The notes: a model not told the origin generated them from the sequence alone. A DNA stretch of 64,000 bases from the human T2T-CHM13v2.0 reference genome, Homo sapiens (GCF_009914755.1 NC_060947.1); one strand, 5' to 3'; counted from the stretch's first letter, positions 12,181 through 27,956 are shown. A program made the numbers and translations.

Positions 12181-13097
12181 AGGCCAGCTTGCCTCTGGTG
12201 TCCTGTCCGGCTGGAAGCCACAGGAAGAAATCCAAAGGGTGCTTTATTCTCATCCTTTAGTGCACAGAAGGGAGCAGGACTTCTGAACACAGAGGTTTCA
12301 GCACCCCAAGAGGCCAAGCTGGAAATGATCATAGATATCATCCATCCCACCCTTTCAGATTGAAGATGAGGAGCTGGGCCCAGAAAGATTAGTAGTTTGC
12401 CCAAGGCCATATAGCAACTAAGCCAGTATACCTGAGCCTGCACAGTGCCCCTCCTCTCCTCATCTCTCTCAGGTCTCCCCAGGCCACCCAGGGATCATAG
12501 TCCAGCTGGCCCGGCCATGAATCTATTTCCCCATGGGATTGGCTTCTGCTAGCTGGAAACTGAGAGGGGTGTAATGAGGAGGAAAGAGTCCAGCAGGGAG
12601 AAAATGGGTTGCTTCGGGGAAGAATTCCAAACAGATTGAGCTACAATGGAGCCCCTGTTATTAGTAGTTGTAGTATCATAAGGATGCCTGAAATGTTGGT
12701 GGCGATGATGGTGATGATGATAACGTTCACGGGAGGGGGATAAGGAGAATGAGGATTTGGCATCATGGCTTAGCAGGTTCCTCTCTTCCCCTCCTAGACC
12801 AGGATTTGCTCGACCCACTCTAAAGAAAGGACAGCCCAAGTAGGGCCACGCGGATGGCTGCGTAGGCTGAGCCCTGCTCAAGAGTGCCGGCTGCAGGTGA
12901 CCAGTGGGAGCTAAAATTCAACCCCAGCTCCTTGCACCAACCCATGTACCTTGCCCAGAGGAAAAGATGGCTTTTTCTAATTGCACAGGTTCCATGTATG
13001 TTAGGAGTGGCCTTGAGATGAAGCACACAGGAGCATGTATTGGGGATGGGGCAGGGACCAAATGCCACAGGTCATCTTTCCTGGCCAGGCCAACATC

Positions 13098-13290
13098 CTG
13101 GAGCCAAACAGCTGTAACCCTGAATCTGTCCCATTACTTGCTCCCTTGTGATTTGACCTTGAACCAATCACTTTACCTCTCTGAGCCTCAGTTTCCTCAT
13201 CTGGAGAATGGGGCAGTGTTCGGAGAGTTAAATCAGATAGACAACGTGTTGAACAGAGTCTGGCCCAGAACAGGTGATGACAACAAAATG
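13098..13290 (+). mobile_element. MIR
   Basis: TGACCTTGAACCAATCACTTTACCTCTCTGAGCCTCAGTTTCCTCATCTG. Confidence 0.85.
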
Positions 13291-14980
13291 AATTCCCTCC
13301 TGCATCCCCTTCCCTCTTTCTCCAGGCACTAAATATTTGTTCTATTTTTGTTTGGGGCCCAAGCCCCTCCCAGGCCCCACCCTCACCTGCCTAGGTATCA
13401 GGGATTAGAAAACAAAAATTGGCCCTAGGACCTCCAGAGATCCAGAGCACCAATGAAGGACCTCTTAGGCAGTTTCTCCTGAGCATTTGTAGCCAAGACC
13501 TAAATATCTGGGCCAGTAATGCCCTGCCTGGCTGTCTGGGAGGCTCCCTTTGGGAATTAAGGAGGCTGCAAGATCCCTGGGTCTTTCCCCTGCCCATCTG
13601 CTCCCCCTCCCCAAGGCTGCTGAGAGGCTGAGGTGATGGATGGGGCTCTGACTTCCCCTCACCACTTCTTTGATGAGAAGAAAGAAAAGTCCACCTGAGT
13701 CTCAAATCAAAAACAGGTGAATTGCCTCTAAGTCAGGCTGGGCCCTCTCTGGGGTCTACAGGAAGGTTGGGGGCTGAGGGGAGAAAGGGAGAATGTGATA
13801 AATCACACTGTCAGGTGGGGGTGCTACCCTCCAGCTGCAACAAGGACCACTGGCAGCTCCAGAGCTGCCTCCTCCGAGGATGGGTGTGTGCCCAGAACAA
13901 GAGCTGGGGAACAGGCAATCATCCCTAACGACTCCCACCTCCCATCCTGCCCCCAGTTCTGTCATGCACACATACAACTTCCTTCACATCACCAATCCCC
14001 CAAAGCACGTGCCAGGTGGCAACACCACCTCACCTGCGTTCTCATATCCCCAGCATGCTCACAGCTGGGAGGCGCGAGCCTCGGGGCCTGGTCTCAGCTC
14101 GCCACCACCTTGCTGCATGTACCTGGGCAAGTCTTTGCCCCTCTCTGGACCGCAGTTTCCTGATTCATCCCACAAGGGGCTAAGTTCTTTTGGAAGCTAA
14201 GAGGTGAAAGGCAGGCAATGGCCCTTGGGTGTGTACCCTGGGGTAGAGCTGGAGGGTGGAGTGAGGACCACAGTGGTCCCATATATTGGTGTTTGACTTA
14301 TCTCTGCCCCAGACCTCTTCCAGCACTGACATTCTACAATTCCAGGCACCAAGAGCTGCCCAGATCCTCAGAGTCAGGGAGCAACTATGCCAGACAGATT
14401 CCCCAACATGCTGACATCAGGGCCCACACCCAACCCCAGTCCCTCTTCCAGTGCAACTCACAGACACAGACAGACTCCTCTCTGTCACACCAGTGGCCCC
14501 TAGCATTTTAAAGGGGGCCATGGGGACAGAGGGTGAATCTGGGAGAAGCCATGCTCAGGCCTCCTGGGATTGACAGTCACCACTGAAAAATGAAAAAAAT
14601 AGAGGACGGACTGGGAGAGTCCTCAGATATCTACCTCTCCATTGTCTTCAGGGGCAAACTGAAGCCCAGGGAGAGGATGGGAAAGGTCACACGGCCAGGG
14701 CCAGAGGTCAGAGCCGGAGCTGGGATCAGGCCCCAGGTCTCTGGATTCTCAATCTCCCTCCCCTCCAGAAAAGGCTGCACTTGCTAAGAGGACTGGAGGG
14801 TTTCTGACCCACAGCTGCCTCCACTCCCAGATTCCAGCAGCGCTGGATGTTCCCTCCCTCACTCCCTGTCTCAACCCGCAAAACCTGGGAGCGAGCCCAC
14901 AGCCCTGGGAAGAGGCAGGGCCAAGGCCCACTCCACCCTAACATCCCGACTCCTCCAGGGAGAGGCCGCCCGAGCCAGGG

Positions 14981-15300
14981 CAGAGGGAAAGGAGAGGGAA
15001 AGCAGAAGAGAATGGAGAAGGGGGAAGGAGGAGGGGAGAGAAGAGAAGGGAGAAGAGAGGAGGACAAGGGGAGAGGAGCAGGAGGGGGGAGAGAGAAGCG
15101 GGGAGTGAAAGCTGAAAGCTGATAAGGAAGAAAGGAGGGGAAAGGTCCGAGGAGAGGAGATGGAACGTGGGCTCTGAGAAGGGAGAAGGCTGACCAGGCG
15201 GGGAGTGGAGGGAGGGCAGGTAGGAGAGATACACCCAAAAAAGGGACAAGCTGAAGACAAGAGCAAGGGAAAGGGGTGGGCAGAGGGGCAGGGAAGAGGG
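14981..15300 (+). repeat. Polypurine (GA-rich) low-complexity tract
   Basis: About 320 bp almost entirely A/G on the + strand. Confidence 0.9.
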
Positions 15301-15319
15301 CTTCAGCCCAGGGGACTCC

Positions 15320-15680
15320 CCTCCCCACGTTTCACGGACCTCCCCCAGGGGCAGTGGGGGCGAATTGAAAATGAAACACCTCGTCCCCGGGCCCAGGGAT
15401 GTGACCCTCGGCATAAGAGGATTAGGGAGGCTTCCAAGAGGAAATGGGGAGGGTGCCAGGAGTGGGGGAGCCGAATGCAAACTCCTGCTGCCCCCGCACC
15501 CCCCCCGCCAACGCCGGCAGAAAGTGCGCGCCTCCACGCCCATTGGAGCCATGGAGCGCCAGTGCCCCCTTGTGGCCATGGCCCTTGGCTCACCCGGCCG
15601 CAGCGGCGGTCTAGAAAACTGGGGGAAAGGGTGCACGGGGTGGACCTTTGGACACCTGAAGGGTACGAGTGCGACGAAAA
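15320..15680. promoter_or_regulatory. Small CpG-rich patch, candidate regulatory element
   Basis: Visible CpG retention (CCCCGCCAACGCCGG, GTGCGCGCC, CCCGGCCGCAGCGGCGG) and a reverse CCAAT (CATTGG, 15541-15546). Confidence 0.55.
15560..15578 (-). promoter_or_regulatory. CTCF-binding motif
   Basis: The minus strand reads TGGCCACAAGGGGGCACTG against the CTCF consensus TGGCCACCAGGGGGCGCTA. Confidence 0.75.
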
Positions 15681-16934
15681 TCCAGGGGGTGGGTCAGTGA
15701 CTTTGCTGGAGGCCTCCAAACCCTTCAAGCATCAGTAAAGACCTCAATAGTGAGCCTGGGCGTTTCTCGTTGGCCTCTCCCACCCTTGCAAGGGTGGCTC
15801 ACAAGGCATGGGCTGGAGGCTCTAAGGCACAAAAAAACCAGCGCACATCCACGCCTCCGAATGCCACGCTCACCCCAGCGGCACAGTTTCCGTCCTTATC
15901 CTGGCCTCTGCCTCTCATCAGCCTCTGGGTGCCTCCCACTTCACTCCCAAGGGCCTGCTTCCCTAGGCCATAGCGCACAGCCTGTGTTTGTGTGTGCGTG
16001 TGTGTGTGCGGCGGAGTGTAGAGGTTCTTGTCCACAGTGAGGGGTGGAACTGAGCTGGATAAGACACTTACCGGGAAGAGTCAAGAACCCTGGGTTCCAA
16101 CTTGCTTCCATGGCTGTCTTGCTGTGCAACTTTGAGCATGTCTTTGCCCTCTCTGGGCCTCAGGCTCCCCATCTGGAAGCAAAAGACTTGGCCTCAATGA
16201 TTTCTAAGGGTCTATCCAGCCCTCTACACTCTATCTCTATCTCTAACACTCTAACTCTATCATTCCAAAAGAGAGAGCTTGAGGAAGAAACTAGTCCAAC
16301 GCAAGGGAGAATTAGTAAGTACTCCATTGTCGTGTGGAGAAGGGGTTTGCAACTATAATCAGGTGGACATCCCACCCAGCCCTTGGCCCCAACTCCTCCT
16401 CCAGTGCCCTCAGCAATACTTCTGCCCCAGATCTGCACAGAGACGCCTGTGGGTTTCAAACTCAGGCCCGCTCAGTGGGACTGGGGTAACTTCTTCCACG
16501 CCAGAGGTCCAGGGCAAGAGGCCAGCCGCCCTCCTCAGTCCCTCACCATGACAGGGGGTGCAGAACTCCTTATGTGTCCATTCAAAGCCCAGAGCCCCAG
16601 AGTGGATGGAAAGTGCAAGGTCAGCAAGATCTCTTCTCTTCAGTGAGCCCAGCTCAAGGCAGGAGACTCAGCCTGGAAATGGAGAAACCTGAGCCTGGCT
16701 CAGCTCCCCCAGAGAGGAGGGGAGGGAGGGGAGGAAGCACAGGGAGGTGAAGGGCACCTCAAGGAGGCAGCCTGTCTCAGGCAGGAGATACCTTGCCCAG
16801 TGCTGAGAAAGCCATGAAGGAGAACGAAGCCCTGAAAGGTGTGGGGTGGAGGAGGCAGGGTCACCCAGCTAGGGAAATGAACCAGAAAGAAGGCAAAGAG
16901 TGTCTTTGGTTTGAGTCAGTTAGGTGCTTGAGTC

Positions 16935-17070
16935 TGTCAGTTATTTTTTCTCTGCCTCAATTTCCTCATCTGCAAAATGGGGGTAATAGTATTCACATCA
17001 CTGAGCTGTTGTGAGGATTACATGAGTTAACATTTGTAAAAAGCACTTAGAACATTCCCTGGTACCTAGT
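16935..17070 (+). mobile_element. MIR
   Basis: CTCAATTTCCTCATCTGCAAAATGGGG...GTTGTGAGGATTACATGAGTTAACATTTGTAAAAAGCACTTAGAAC. Confidence 0.9.
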
Positions 17071-17191
17071 CCGTAATTTTGTTTTATTTCTATTTTTAAC
17101 CCCCAGGAAATCCCGTCCCAGAGCATACAGTCTGAGGAATCCTGGAATGCTCTAAGACCCTTATACTTAAAGACTTAAAAGAATTGATCAG

Positions 17192-17510
17192 GGCCGGGCA
17201 CGGTGGCTCACGCCTGTAATGCCAGCACTTTGGGAGGCCGAGGCAGTTGGATTGCTTGGGGCCAGAGTTGGAGACCAGCCTGGGCAACATGGTGAAACCC
17301 TATCTCTACAAAAAATACAAAAAAATTAGCCGAGTGTGGTGGTGCATGCCTGTGGTCCCAGCTGCTCAGGAGGCTGAGGTGGGAGGATCACCTGGGCCCA
17401 GAAGGTGGAGGCTGCAGTGAGCTGTGATCACCCACTGCACTCCTGTCTGGGACAGGAGTGAGACCCTGTCAAAAAAAAAAAAAAAGAGAGAAAGAAAAGA
17501 AAGAAAGAAC
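17192..17510 (+). mobile_element. AluJ-like with GAAA tail
   Basis: GGATTGCTTG, CCTGGGCAACATGG, GGAGGATCACCTGGGCCCAG and GTGAGACCCTGTC. TSD AAAGAATTGATCAG at 17178-17191 and 17859-17872. Confidence 0.95.
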
Positions 17511-17868
<358 letters not shown>

Positions 17869-20203
17869 TCAGGTTCAAATTTCACTCCTCAGCTCCCTGC
17901 TACCCATTATGAATACAAATAGGTCAATCTAAGCTCACAGACTGAAAAAGACTTACCTAAGATCACACAGCAAATTGTGGCTCAGTTGAGGTTTCTTCAC
18001 TGCCAGGCCTGAACCTCACTGTTTGTCCTTCCCTAGACTGGTGTCCTTTGGTATCTCTGCTTGCCAGCTCTGACCCTAAATCTTAGATGGGATCTCAGCA
18101 AGTGTCCCAGTGGCTGGACCACAGCTCTGAGACTGGGAGGCTCTCTTTCGGTTTGTTGAAGGTCCTGTCTGGCAGTTAGTTCATCTCTTCACTCCTGTGT
18201 CCCTTGGAACCAGTTTTTCCAGCTGAAAGGAACCTTGGAGGTCAGCTGGTCCCCAAGCTTCCCCTTTCATCTGCCATCTGCCATCACTAGAGACCTCCAT
18301 CACCATCTTTTTCCATCTCTGTACCCTCTGACCCCCTCCTTCAAACTCCCTGCCCCTGACTCTGCCCCGTCCTGCAGGTCTTTAACTCCAAATAACCTAG
18401 ATCCTCCCTGGCCTCTTGTCGTATTTCCCTGGGGGCCAGCTGTGTCTGGTTGAAGAGCTTGCTCAGCCTGGTGATTAACATCAAACAGGACAACCAGGGA
18501 AACAGAGTCATCAGTCCTATTCAGCTCAGCAGCCAGCTGGCCCTCCTGCCTTGCCACCACCCCACCAGGCTGGCCGCTATGCCAGGTTTTGCCTTTTCTC
18601 AGTTTCTGCTTGGAGCGGCCAAGCGTAACAAGCCCAACTGCCCTGCCCAGGAGAGGGTAGTGTCCAGAGACTCAGGCAGGACTCCAGGCCTACGGAGAAG
18701 GTGACCATGGGCCACTACCAGCAGGGCTGAGGAGGTGGAGGAGCTCTCTCATCCTTCCAGCACTGCCCCCTCCCTCCCTGCAGCCCAGCTTGGGCTGGGC
18801 TATTCCCTAGCGCCTGGGCTAGACCTGTTTCCAATGATTCACGTCTATGCATTCCCACCTCGCCCCTGGGAGCCAGCTCTGCACTCTTAATAGATCTTAC
18901 GGTTAAGAAGTTTTTTCCTGCTACTCAGCGTTAGTGCTTAAAGTGCAGTTACACTCTGAAAATTGACCATAAAATGACACCATGGGGTCCACATTTATCC
19001 TCCAGTCACAATTCCAGACCAGCTTGGTTCAGTTTTCAGGTTGAAAAATGGCTTTTGGGGGCTTCAAACTCCACCCAAGTCCTAAATCTGCCTCAGTGCT
19101 TCCCCCTCAGTGGCGCCTCCCTCCCCCAGGCTGGGGGAGAGGCAGGCCCTTGGACTGCTGAGGTGGCGAGCCAGGCCCAGCTCAGCTTGGACCATTTCCT
19201 GCCACAGTTGGGTGGAGGTGGGGGCAGCTGTGGGAGTGTGAGGGACTTGGCCTGGACATAGGCAGAGATGGGCCCAGCCTACCCAAGCTCTGGGGCCTTG
19301 AATGAGCCCCCATGCTGTGAGGGACACTGTAATGAGTCCCCCTTCCATCCCTGCTCTCCTGGCAGGGCGAGGGCCAAGGCTGAGAGAGGGAGCTTCCTCA
19401 GCCCAGAATCTCTGCAGAGCCTCTGGGAGGCAGGGTGGGAAAGGGAGGGATACTGGAGGTCTTCAGATGCCCCCCCTGCCCATTATTATGCCTTGAGGCA
19501 GGGGCAACCCTCTGTTCAATCGCTCTTGTTTGCTCAGCAAATGTGGCAATTCTCTTATCTTGGGTGTGCTACTCCTCAACTGTTTGGCCAGTCAGTTTAG
19601 GGCTAAGGGCTGGATTCACACTTGCTCTGGCCTTGAGATCACCCCTGGTGCAAGTCAGAATAAGGAGGCACCTGGCAGTATAAATGTGGGGGCCACGGGC
19701 TTTAGGTCTGAGCGCTGTGAGCTGCTGGCTCCTCAGGTTATCGGCTGCCGCTGCCGCCAAGTGCCTACACTAAAGCACAGGCAGGTTACCTGTAGGAGGA
19801 CCCTCCTTAGTGTTTTTCCCTCCTGTTTACTCGAACAAGGCCTGGTTATCTGGTTCCCAAGTCTACAGCAAATTAGAAGCAGTAAATCAGAAGGAGGGCA
19901 GAGGGGCTGCTGGAAGCAGGCACACTAAAAGTGTCAAGAAGTGAGAGCTGATGGCCTGACAGCAGGGGAGTAGGCAGCAAACTAGTAAAACACAAAACAA
20001 CCCCAACCAGGTACAAGAGCTCAAAGAAGACAAACAAGCTGGGGCCATTTAGCCTAGCGGGGACACCCTGGGGGAGAGCGCCACAGCACAGTGCTGATAA
20101 TGGTGGGCTATTAATGAGGAGGACCCCAAATCTTTAGAAAGAAGAGTCCAGGAAGATGAGGAAGATATTTCCTAAACACGTATGTCAAAAATGAGTGATC
20201 TTG

Positions 20204-20539
<336 letters not shown>

Positions 20540-21250
20540 TCACTGGAATAAAATCTCAGCTTTCAGGCAAATTCTAAAGTCCAGAGTGCCTCATTCCTCA
20601 AACCCTCCCCACCCTACAGAGCTGAAGTCAGCTGGGTGACCCATTCCAAGAGCCAGTGCACAGAGAGGCATGCCTGCCTGCTTTGGAGCCAGTCCTGAGT
20701 TCAGCCCCAGCTCCACCGCTTGCTGTCCATGGGACTCTTGACAAGTCACGTTACCTCAGCTATTTCCTCTGTAAAATGTTGGCAAGAATACCTGCTTTGC
20801 ATGGCTGGGAGGATTCAGTCAGTAAAATTAAAGCCCACATGTCCAGCCCCCAGTGCATAGTAGGGACTCACCTGGTGTTTTGTTTTTCTCCTTCGAGGAG
20901 GTCTCCTTCCAGAGGTCAGAAAATTGTGGCCCAGCCTGTCTTTCCCAGCCCTCCCTTGTGATAGGATCTCAGCGGGCAGCAGCACTGGGGCTTCTGCTCT
21001 TAGCCTTTTTGGCAGGGACAATGGAGCTCGGAGGTGATACTGGCTTTGGGTGGGGCTATCTGCTGGCATGTGCCAGAAGATGGGGGAGAAGGAGGAGGAA
21101 TCAGGGCTGTGGGAGCCAGGGGTTAAGGCTGTGGGGAAGAGGTCAAGAAGCCCCTTTTGCTTCTTCCTCTTCCTCTGGTCTCCACAGCCTTCCCTTGCAA
21201 GAGCATCTCCTCTAGCCTTCATGATGCCAGTCAAGAGCACCTGGAACTCG

Positions 21251-21540
21251 GGCTGGGCATGGTAGCCCATGCCTGTAATCCTAGCAGTTTGGGAGGCCAA
21301 GGCGGGTGGATCACTTGAGGCCAGGAGTTTGAGACCAACCTGGCCAAGATGGTGAAACCCCGTCTCTACTAAAAATACAAAAATTAGCCGTGTGTGGTGG
21401 TGTGCACCTGTAGTCCCAGCTACTGGGGTGGCTGAGGCAAGAGAATCGCTTGAACCAGGGAGGCAGAGTTGCAGCGAGCCACTGCACTCCAGCCTGGGTG
21501 ACGGAGCGGGATGCCGTCTCAAAAAAAAAAAAAAAAAAAA
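21251..21540 (+). mobile_element. AluS (Sz/Sx-like) with a short right-arm deletion
   Basis: Full Alu body and poly-A. TSD AGCACCTGGAACTC on both sides. Confidence 0.95.
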
Positions 21541-22136
21541 AGCACCTGGAACTCAAGCCAGGAATAGTGAAGAGGGGCCCACCTCCTGGGGGACAGGTGC
21601 CAACAAATGTCATGGGAAAAGTACCTGTGGCACAAGCTAAGCTGGCCAGTGGCAGCATGGACCAGGCATAACCAGTGTCTGAAGACAGGCGGGTACACCT
21701 GGCACCTGCTGGCTGGGACACCAGTATTCCAGAGACATGTGGAACACAGTCCCTCTGCTCAGAGGCAAGCTTCAAACTTTCCCTCATTGTCTTTGGTGAA
21801 CACCCTCCCCGCCGTGCCATGTAGGTGGGGCCGCAAAAGACAGGAAGGCTCCTGCTTGGGGAGAATGAGGGAGTAGGAGACACCTGGATCTATCTCATTC
21901 AAGAGAGAAAAGTGACATTTGAAGGACAGTGAAAAGAGCACTAGATTAAGCCAGTCTCATCCCATACCCAGACTGGTGCCATCTTTTGAGTTTCAGTTTC
22001 CCCAAAGAGCTTGGGCTTTGGGGACAGACAGACCTACTTCCTCGATGACTCTGGGCAGGTCATTTCTCCTTCATAAGCCTCAGTTTCCTCTTCTACTTCA
22101 TGGGATTGCTGAAGAGAACCTGTGATTAAAAGGACT

Positions 22137-22710
<574 letters not shown>

Positions 22711-22805
22711 AATGAGGATTTTTTAAGCAAATGGATGCAAAAGTGCTTTGTCAACTGTAGGCTGCTAAACTCATGTGAGGGGAGGGTTGTGTTATTTAAA
22801 AATCA

Positions 22806-23128
<323 letters not shown>

Positions 23129-23727
23129 TAAAAATCATATTATCAGCTAGTCCCTGGAGACACGGTGGGCACGAGGCTGTAGAATGAAAGGTCCCCCAGC
23201 CCTGCAGGTCTGGGTGGTCCCTACCAGGCCTCTTGTTTCCCTGGCTTCCAACAACCCATGTTCCTCTTGGCCTTGGCCTTCATGTGTGGAGCTTCTCTGC
23301 TGGCACCTGTCCCCTGGGACCTAAGCCTGTGGAGGGTGGCTCAGCACCCTGCTGCTGCCAGGAAAGGGACATCAAAGTGGCAGCATGAGGGTGAGATGGC
23401 TGCCTGCTTTGTTTTTAGAGGCTGTGGGTTTCATGGCACACACGCAAGCATGCAAGGAAGGGGAGACAGACTGGCTGGCAGGCAGGCAGGTCAAGGAGCT
23501 GGTGGGCTAGGGAGTGGCTGGGAGGAGCAGTGTGGAAGGATGAGGGTGACAGCAAAATGTGGCAAAGGCCCAGAGGGAGGGAGGGAAGAGGTGGTATTGG
23601 TGTGGGTGGCTGGGAGGGTGTGTTCATTATGTCACTGCTGCTGGGCTTCTGGAGGGAAGCCCTGGGGAATGCTGCACGCCTAGCAGCAGGCTGCTAGAGG
23701 GTTGTGGGCTGCCATCGGTTGGTATTT

Positions 23728-23772
23728 CCTTCCTTCCTTCCTTCCTTCCTTCCTTCCTTCCTTCCTTCCTTC
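23728..23772. repeat. (CCTT)n microsatellite
   Basis: Direct inspection. Confidence 0.95.
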
Positions 23773-23837
23773 ATGCATGTATGCATTCATTTCTACATTC
23801 ATCCGACAACTACTCATTGAACCATCAAGTATGGAAT

Positions 23838-24080
23838 CGTGGGTTTAGCAAAAGAGCTCTGGAGTCAGACTGCCTGTGTTGAATTCTGGCTGTACTTTTT
23901 ATTGGCTGTGTGACCTGGAGCGAGCTACTCACCCACTGTGCCTCAGTGTCTGAATCTGTAAAGTGGGTATAATAATAGTACTTACCTCAGAGGATGGTTG
24001 TGAGGATTCGATGGGTTATTCCATGTAAAATTCTTAGGACAACGCCTGGCACATAGTAAGTGCTCAATAAACATTTGTTA
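23838..24080 (+). mobile_element. MIR, near full length and well preserved
   Basis: GCTCTGGAGTCAGACTGCCTG...GCTGTGTGACCT...AATAATAGTACTTACCTCAGAGG...GCCTGGCACATAGTAAGTGCTCAATAAA. Confidence 0.95.
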
Positions 24081-24106
24081 AGTATGTTCCTGCTTGCATG
24101 CATGCA

Positions 24107-24108
24107 TA

Positions 24109-24164
<56 letters not shown>
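24107..24164. repeat. (CA)n microsatellite
   Basis: Direct inspection. Confidence 0.97.
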
Positions 24165-24168
<4 letters not shown>

Positions 24169-24589
24169 AACACATATGCACAGCCTTCCAGACCTTGTGT
24201 CAGGCACTAGGAGCACTAGGATAACAAGACAGACACAGTCCCTGCTCTCATGGAGCTGACTTTTAATCTTGAACTGATGCTATAGTGAAGCCCTTCCTGT
24301 CATTTCTAGAATCCTCCTAAGCAGACAGAAGTGGAACAATGTTTAAACTGGCACTGCTGGGCCCAGAATGCAGCCTCTGTCCCTCTCTGCTATGCATTCC
24401 TCAGTGGGTACAGGCCAGGCCTGACAGTTCTGCACTTTGGAGACCTTTCTCCACAGTCCTGAAAGGAACTAGCCCATGAGCTCAGGCAAATGGTGTGACC
24501 AGAGTGGACCTCATCATTAGCTGACTTCTAGGATATTTCCTAGATGGAAGAAATTAGTTACCCAAGAAAGTGGACCAGGAAAGAAAATC

Positions 24590-24593
<4 letters not shown>

Positions 24594-24636
<43 letters not shown>

Positions 24637-24643
24637 GTCTCTC
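24594..24643. repeat. (CT)n microsatellite
   Basis: Direct inspection. Confidence 0.95.
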
Positions 24644-25871
24644 ACTTGATGTTCTTGGGCTTTCTGGATTAGCCCACACTGGTAGGCATGTCACTAGTGT
24701 GCCTACACACACCTCTGCATAGATATATGTAAGAACATGTGTGGGCACAGATGGACCCAGAGTGCCTGAGGAAAAATGTCCATGTAAAATGAAAGAACGG
24801 AGCAGGTAGAGGGTTGAGCTGAAGCCTGGACACCAGACCAGTGTGATGGGATTCAGTAGGTATGGCCTCTAGGGCCCAGAGGAACCTTGCTACCCCACCC
24901 ATAGTGGCCACTCTGCCCCAGCTGAGGCATGGCCTCAGAACATCAAAGTGTGTCCCAGAGAGCAAGAGTACCCAGGAAGGGAAGGGTAAAAAAGAGGCAT
25001 TAGGACAGAAAAGATTCTGTGCCGAACAAATATGGGAAAAGCCCAGTTAAACCAATGTAAATAGTTTTTTGGTTTCTGGTTTTCTACTGCAGGACTTCTC
25101 AGAGCCTTCAGTAAGCTATTGTACAAGCAAATTACTGAGGATGTGTGTGTTTCTGTGTGTCACAGTCTATTGTGTCTCCCAGATGAATTTAACCACAAAA
25201 GTATTTCTTTGCAGAATGGCTCCAGGCAAGTGTTCACTCTGGAGAATATAGCTTTGAGTTTTCTCCAAGCCCTGACCTCAGCCTTCTTCCATTGCCCTCA
25301 CATACTAGAATCTTCTTGCCCAATTTCTGAAGTCCCAATGTAGAGGGTTGTTGGGGGTCACAGAACTTGCTGCCTGGCCTGTCACCTGCTTCTGCAGCCT
25401 GTTCTCTGTTCCCTCAGCCTCCATGCCCTCCCCACGCTTGTGGAATTCATCAGCGAAGTGTCAGAGGCTGGCCAACCAATTCCCCTTCAGAGCTTCCCAC
25501 TGAGGCCAGCCCTGGAGGCAGAGTCTCCCTTCAGATCCCCTCAATGCCATCCACCTGATCCTGAGGTGGGTCAGCTAAGGTGGCGGCAGAGGGGCCCACC
25601 CCAGTGCCTGTGGGCCTGTGCTGTTCCACATGAAGGGGTTCCTGTTCATTACCACCCTAACTCATTAGAGCAGCACCAGGCCCAGGAGGATGAAGAAAGA
25701 GAGCTGTGCAAATTAATGAGCGACCAAATTAAACATGTTCCCTCAGCCAGCAAGAGGTTCCAGTTGATCAGCTGAGGACTAGGGATTTGAAAGTGGGAAG
25801 TCCCTGCCCCATGGGCCAGAGACCCTGAGGCAGCCATCTCTCACTGTTCCTTAAGGCAGCCCATCAGGAGC

Positions 25872-26372
<501 letters not shown>

Positions 26373-27460
26373 TGGTCTGGAGGGTCCCAAAGCTCCAGGA
26401 GCTGTGGCACAGATCCAGTCTGGGACAGGGACAAGCATCTTAAGCGCGAAGACTAAGAGAACTAGCCCGCCGCCCCAACCCCACCATGTAAGGGGCTAAT
26501 TCTCCTTTATCTCTGAGGACCTGATTTCCTTGTACCCTTGAGGGCCTTGAGGAAACAATGAGATGCTAGTGAAAGGGCTCTGCCTGGATTGGGAGGCAGG
26601 AGCCCTGAGGGCAAGTCCCACCACTGCTCTGGTCTCACTGGGTGATCCTGGGACAGTCACTTCTGCTGCAGAGCAAGATATAAAGGCCCTGCCAGTGCTG
26701 ATTCTACCAGTCTCTGTCAGAAATGCCTCTGAGTGGCTGGAGAGACTATGGCCACCATGGCCCCCCTCCCCCCGTAGGCTCTGTGGCACTAATGCTGGGA
26801 ATACGGAGGTGCATGGCATCCACTCCAGGGGATGGTATGTGTGTCTGCTGCTCACCTTTCTCTACAGAGGAGGCTTAATCATATTATCCTCATGCATGGG
26901 AGCAGGGTGGACCCATTTTATAGATGGGGAGAACAAAGCCCGAAGAGATTTCTAGCTGAGTCAAAACAGGAACTTCGGCTTCCTTCAGGAGCCCCATCTT
27001 TTCTCCTTCCTCACTCTGGGTGGATCCAGATGGGGGCAGTCAGCCCTGCCCCACGTGGGCACCTGTGTTGTTAGTGATGTCACCAGAAAGGCAGCTTGGA
27101 TCGCTCCAGCTGCTCCCCTGCCCACCCTGCTCCCCACGCTTCAGTGGGCAGAGAGCTTAGGGTTAGCCATATTGTAAGGCCAGATGTGGATTTGGGTTCT
27201 AATTCTCTTCTCTTTTTTCCCCCTGAGGTCTAAATCCTTTAAGTCTTTCTTTTTGCTTCCTGAGGAAGGGAAACACATGGGCTTGAGTGGATGGGGCTTC
27301 TCTGCTTCCAGCTGCCATAGTCAAGCTCCCCAGACCCAGACCCAGCCCCAGATATGTCTCCAGCCTGATCTGGCCAATGAGGCTCTACAGCAGTGCCACC
27401 CAGGCCTCCAGTGCCGGGCACATTTGGGGGCTATTCCTGGACTGTAATAAGGCACTACTA

Positions 27461-27956
<496 letters not shown>

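Noticed and set aside
14726-15738. Several long overlapping ORFs (177-232 aa)
   Set aside because: They arise from the stop-poor polypurine and GC-rich tract, encode low-complexity P/S/L or G/E/R peptides and show no recognisable domain.
20815-21883. ORFs of 190-235 aa
   Set aside because: They are antisense Alu read-through (LECSG, PASAS, FHH.GQ motifs).
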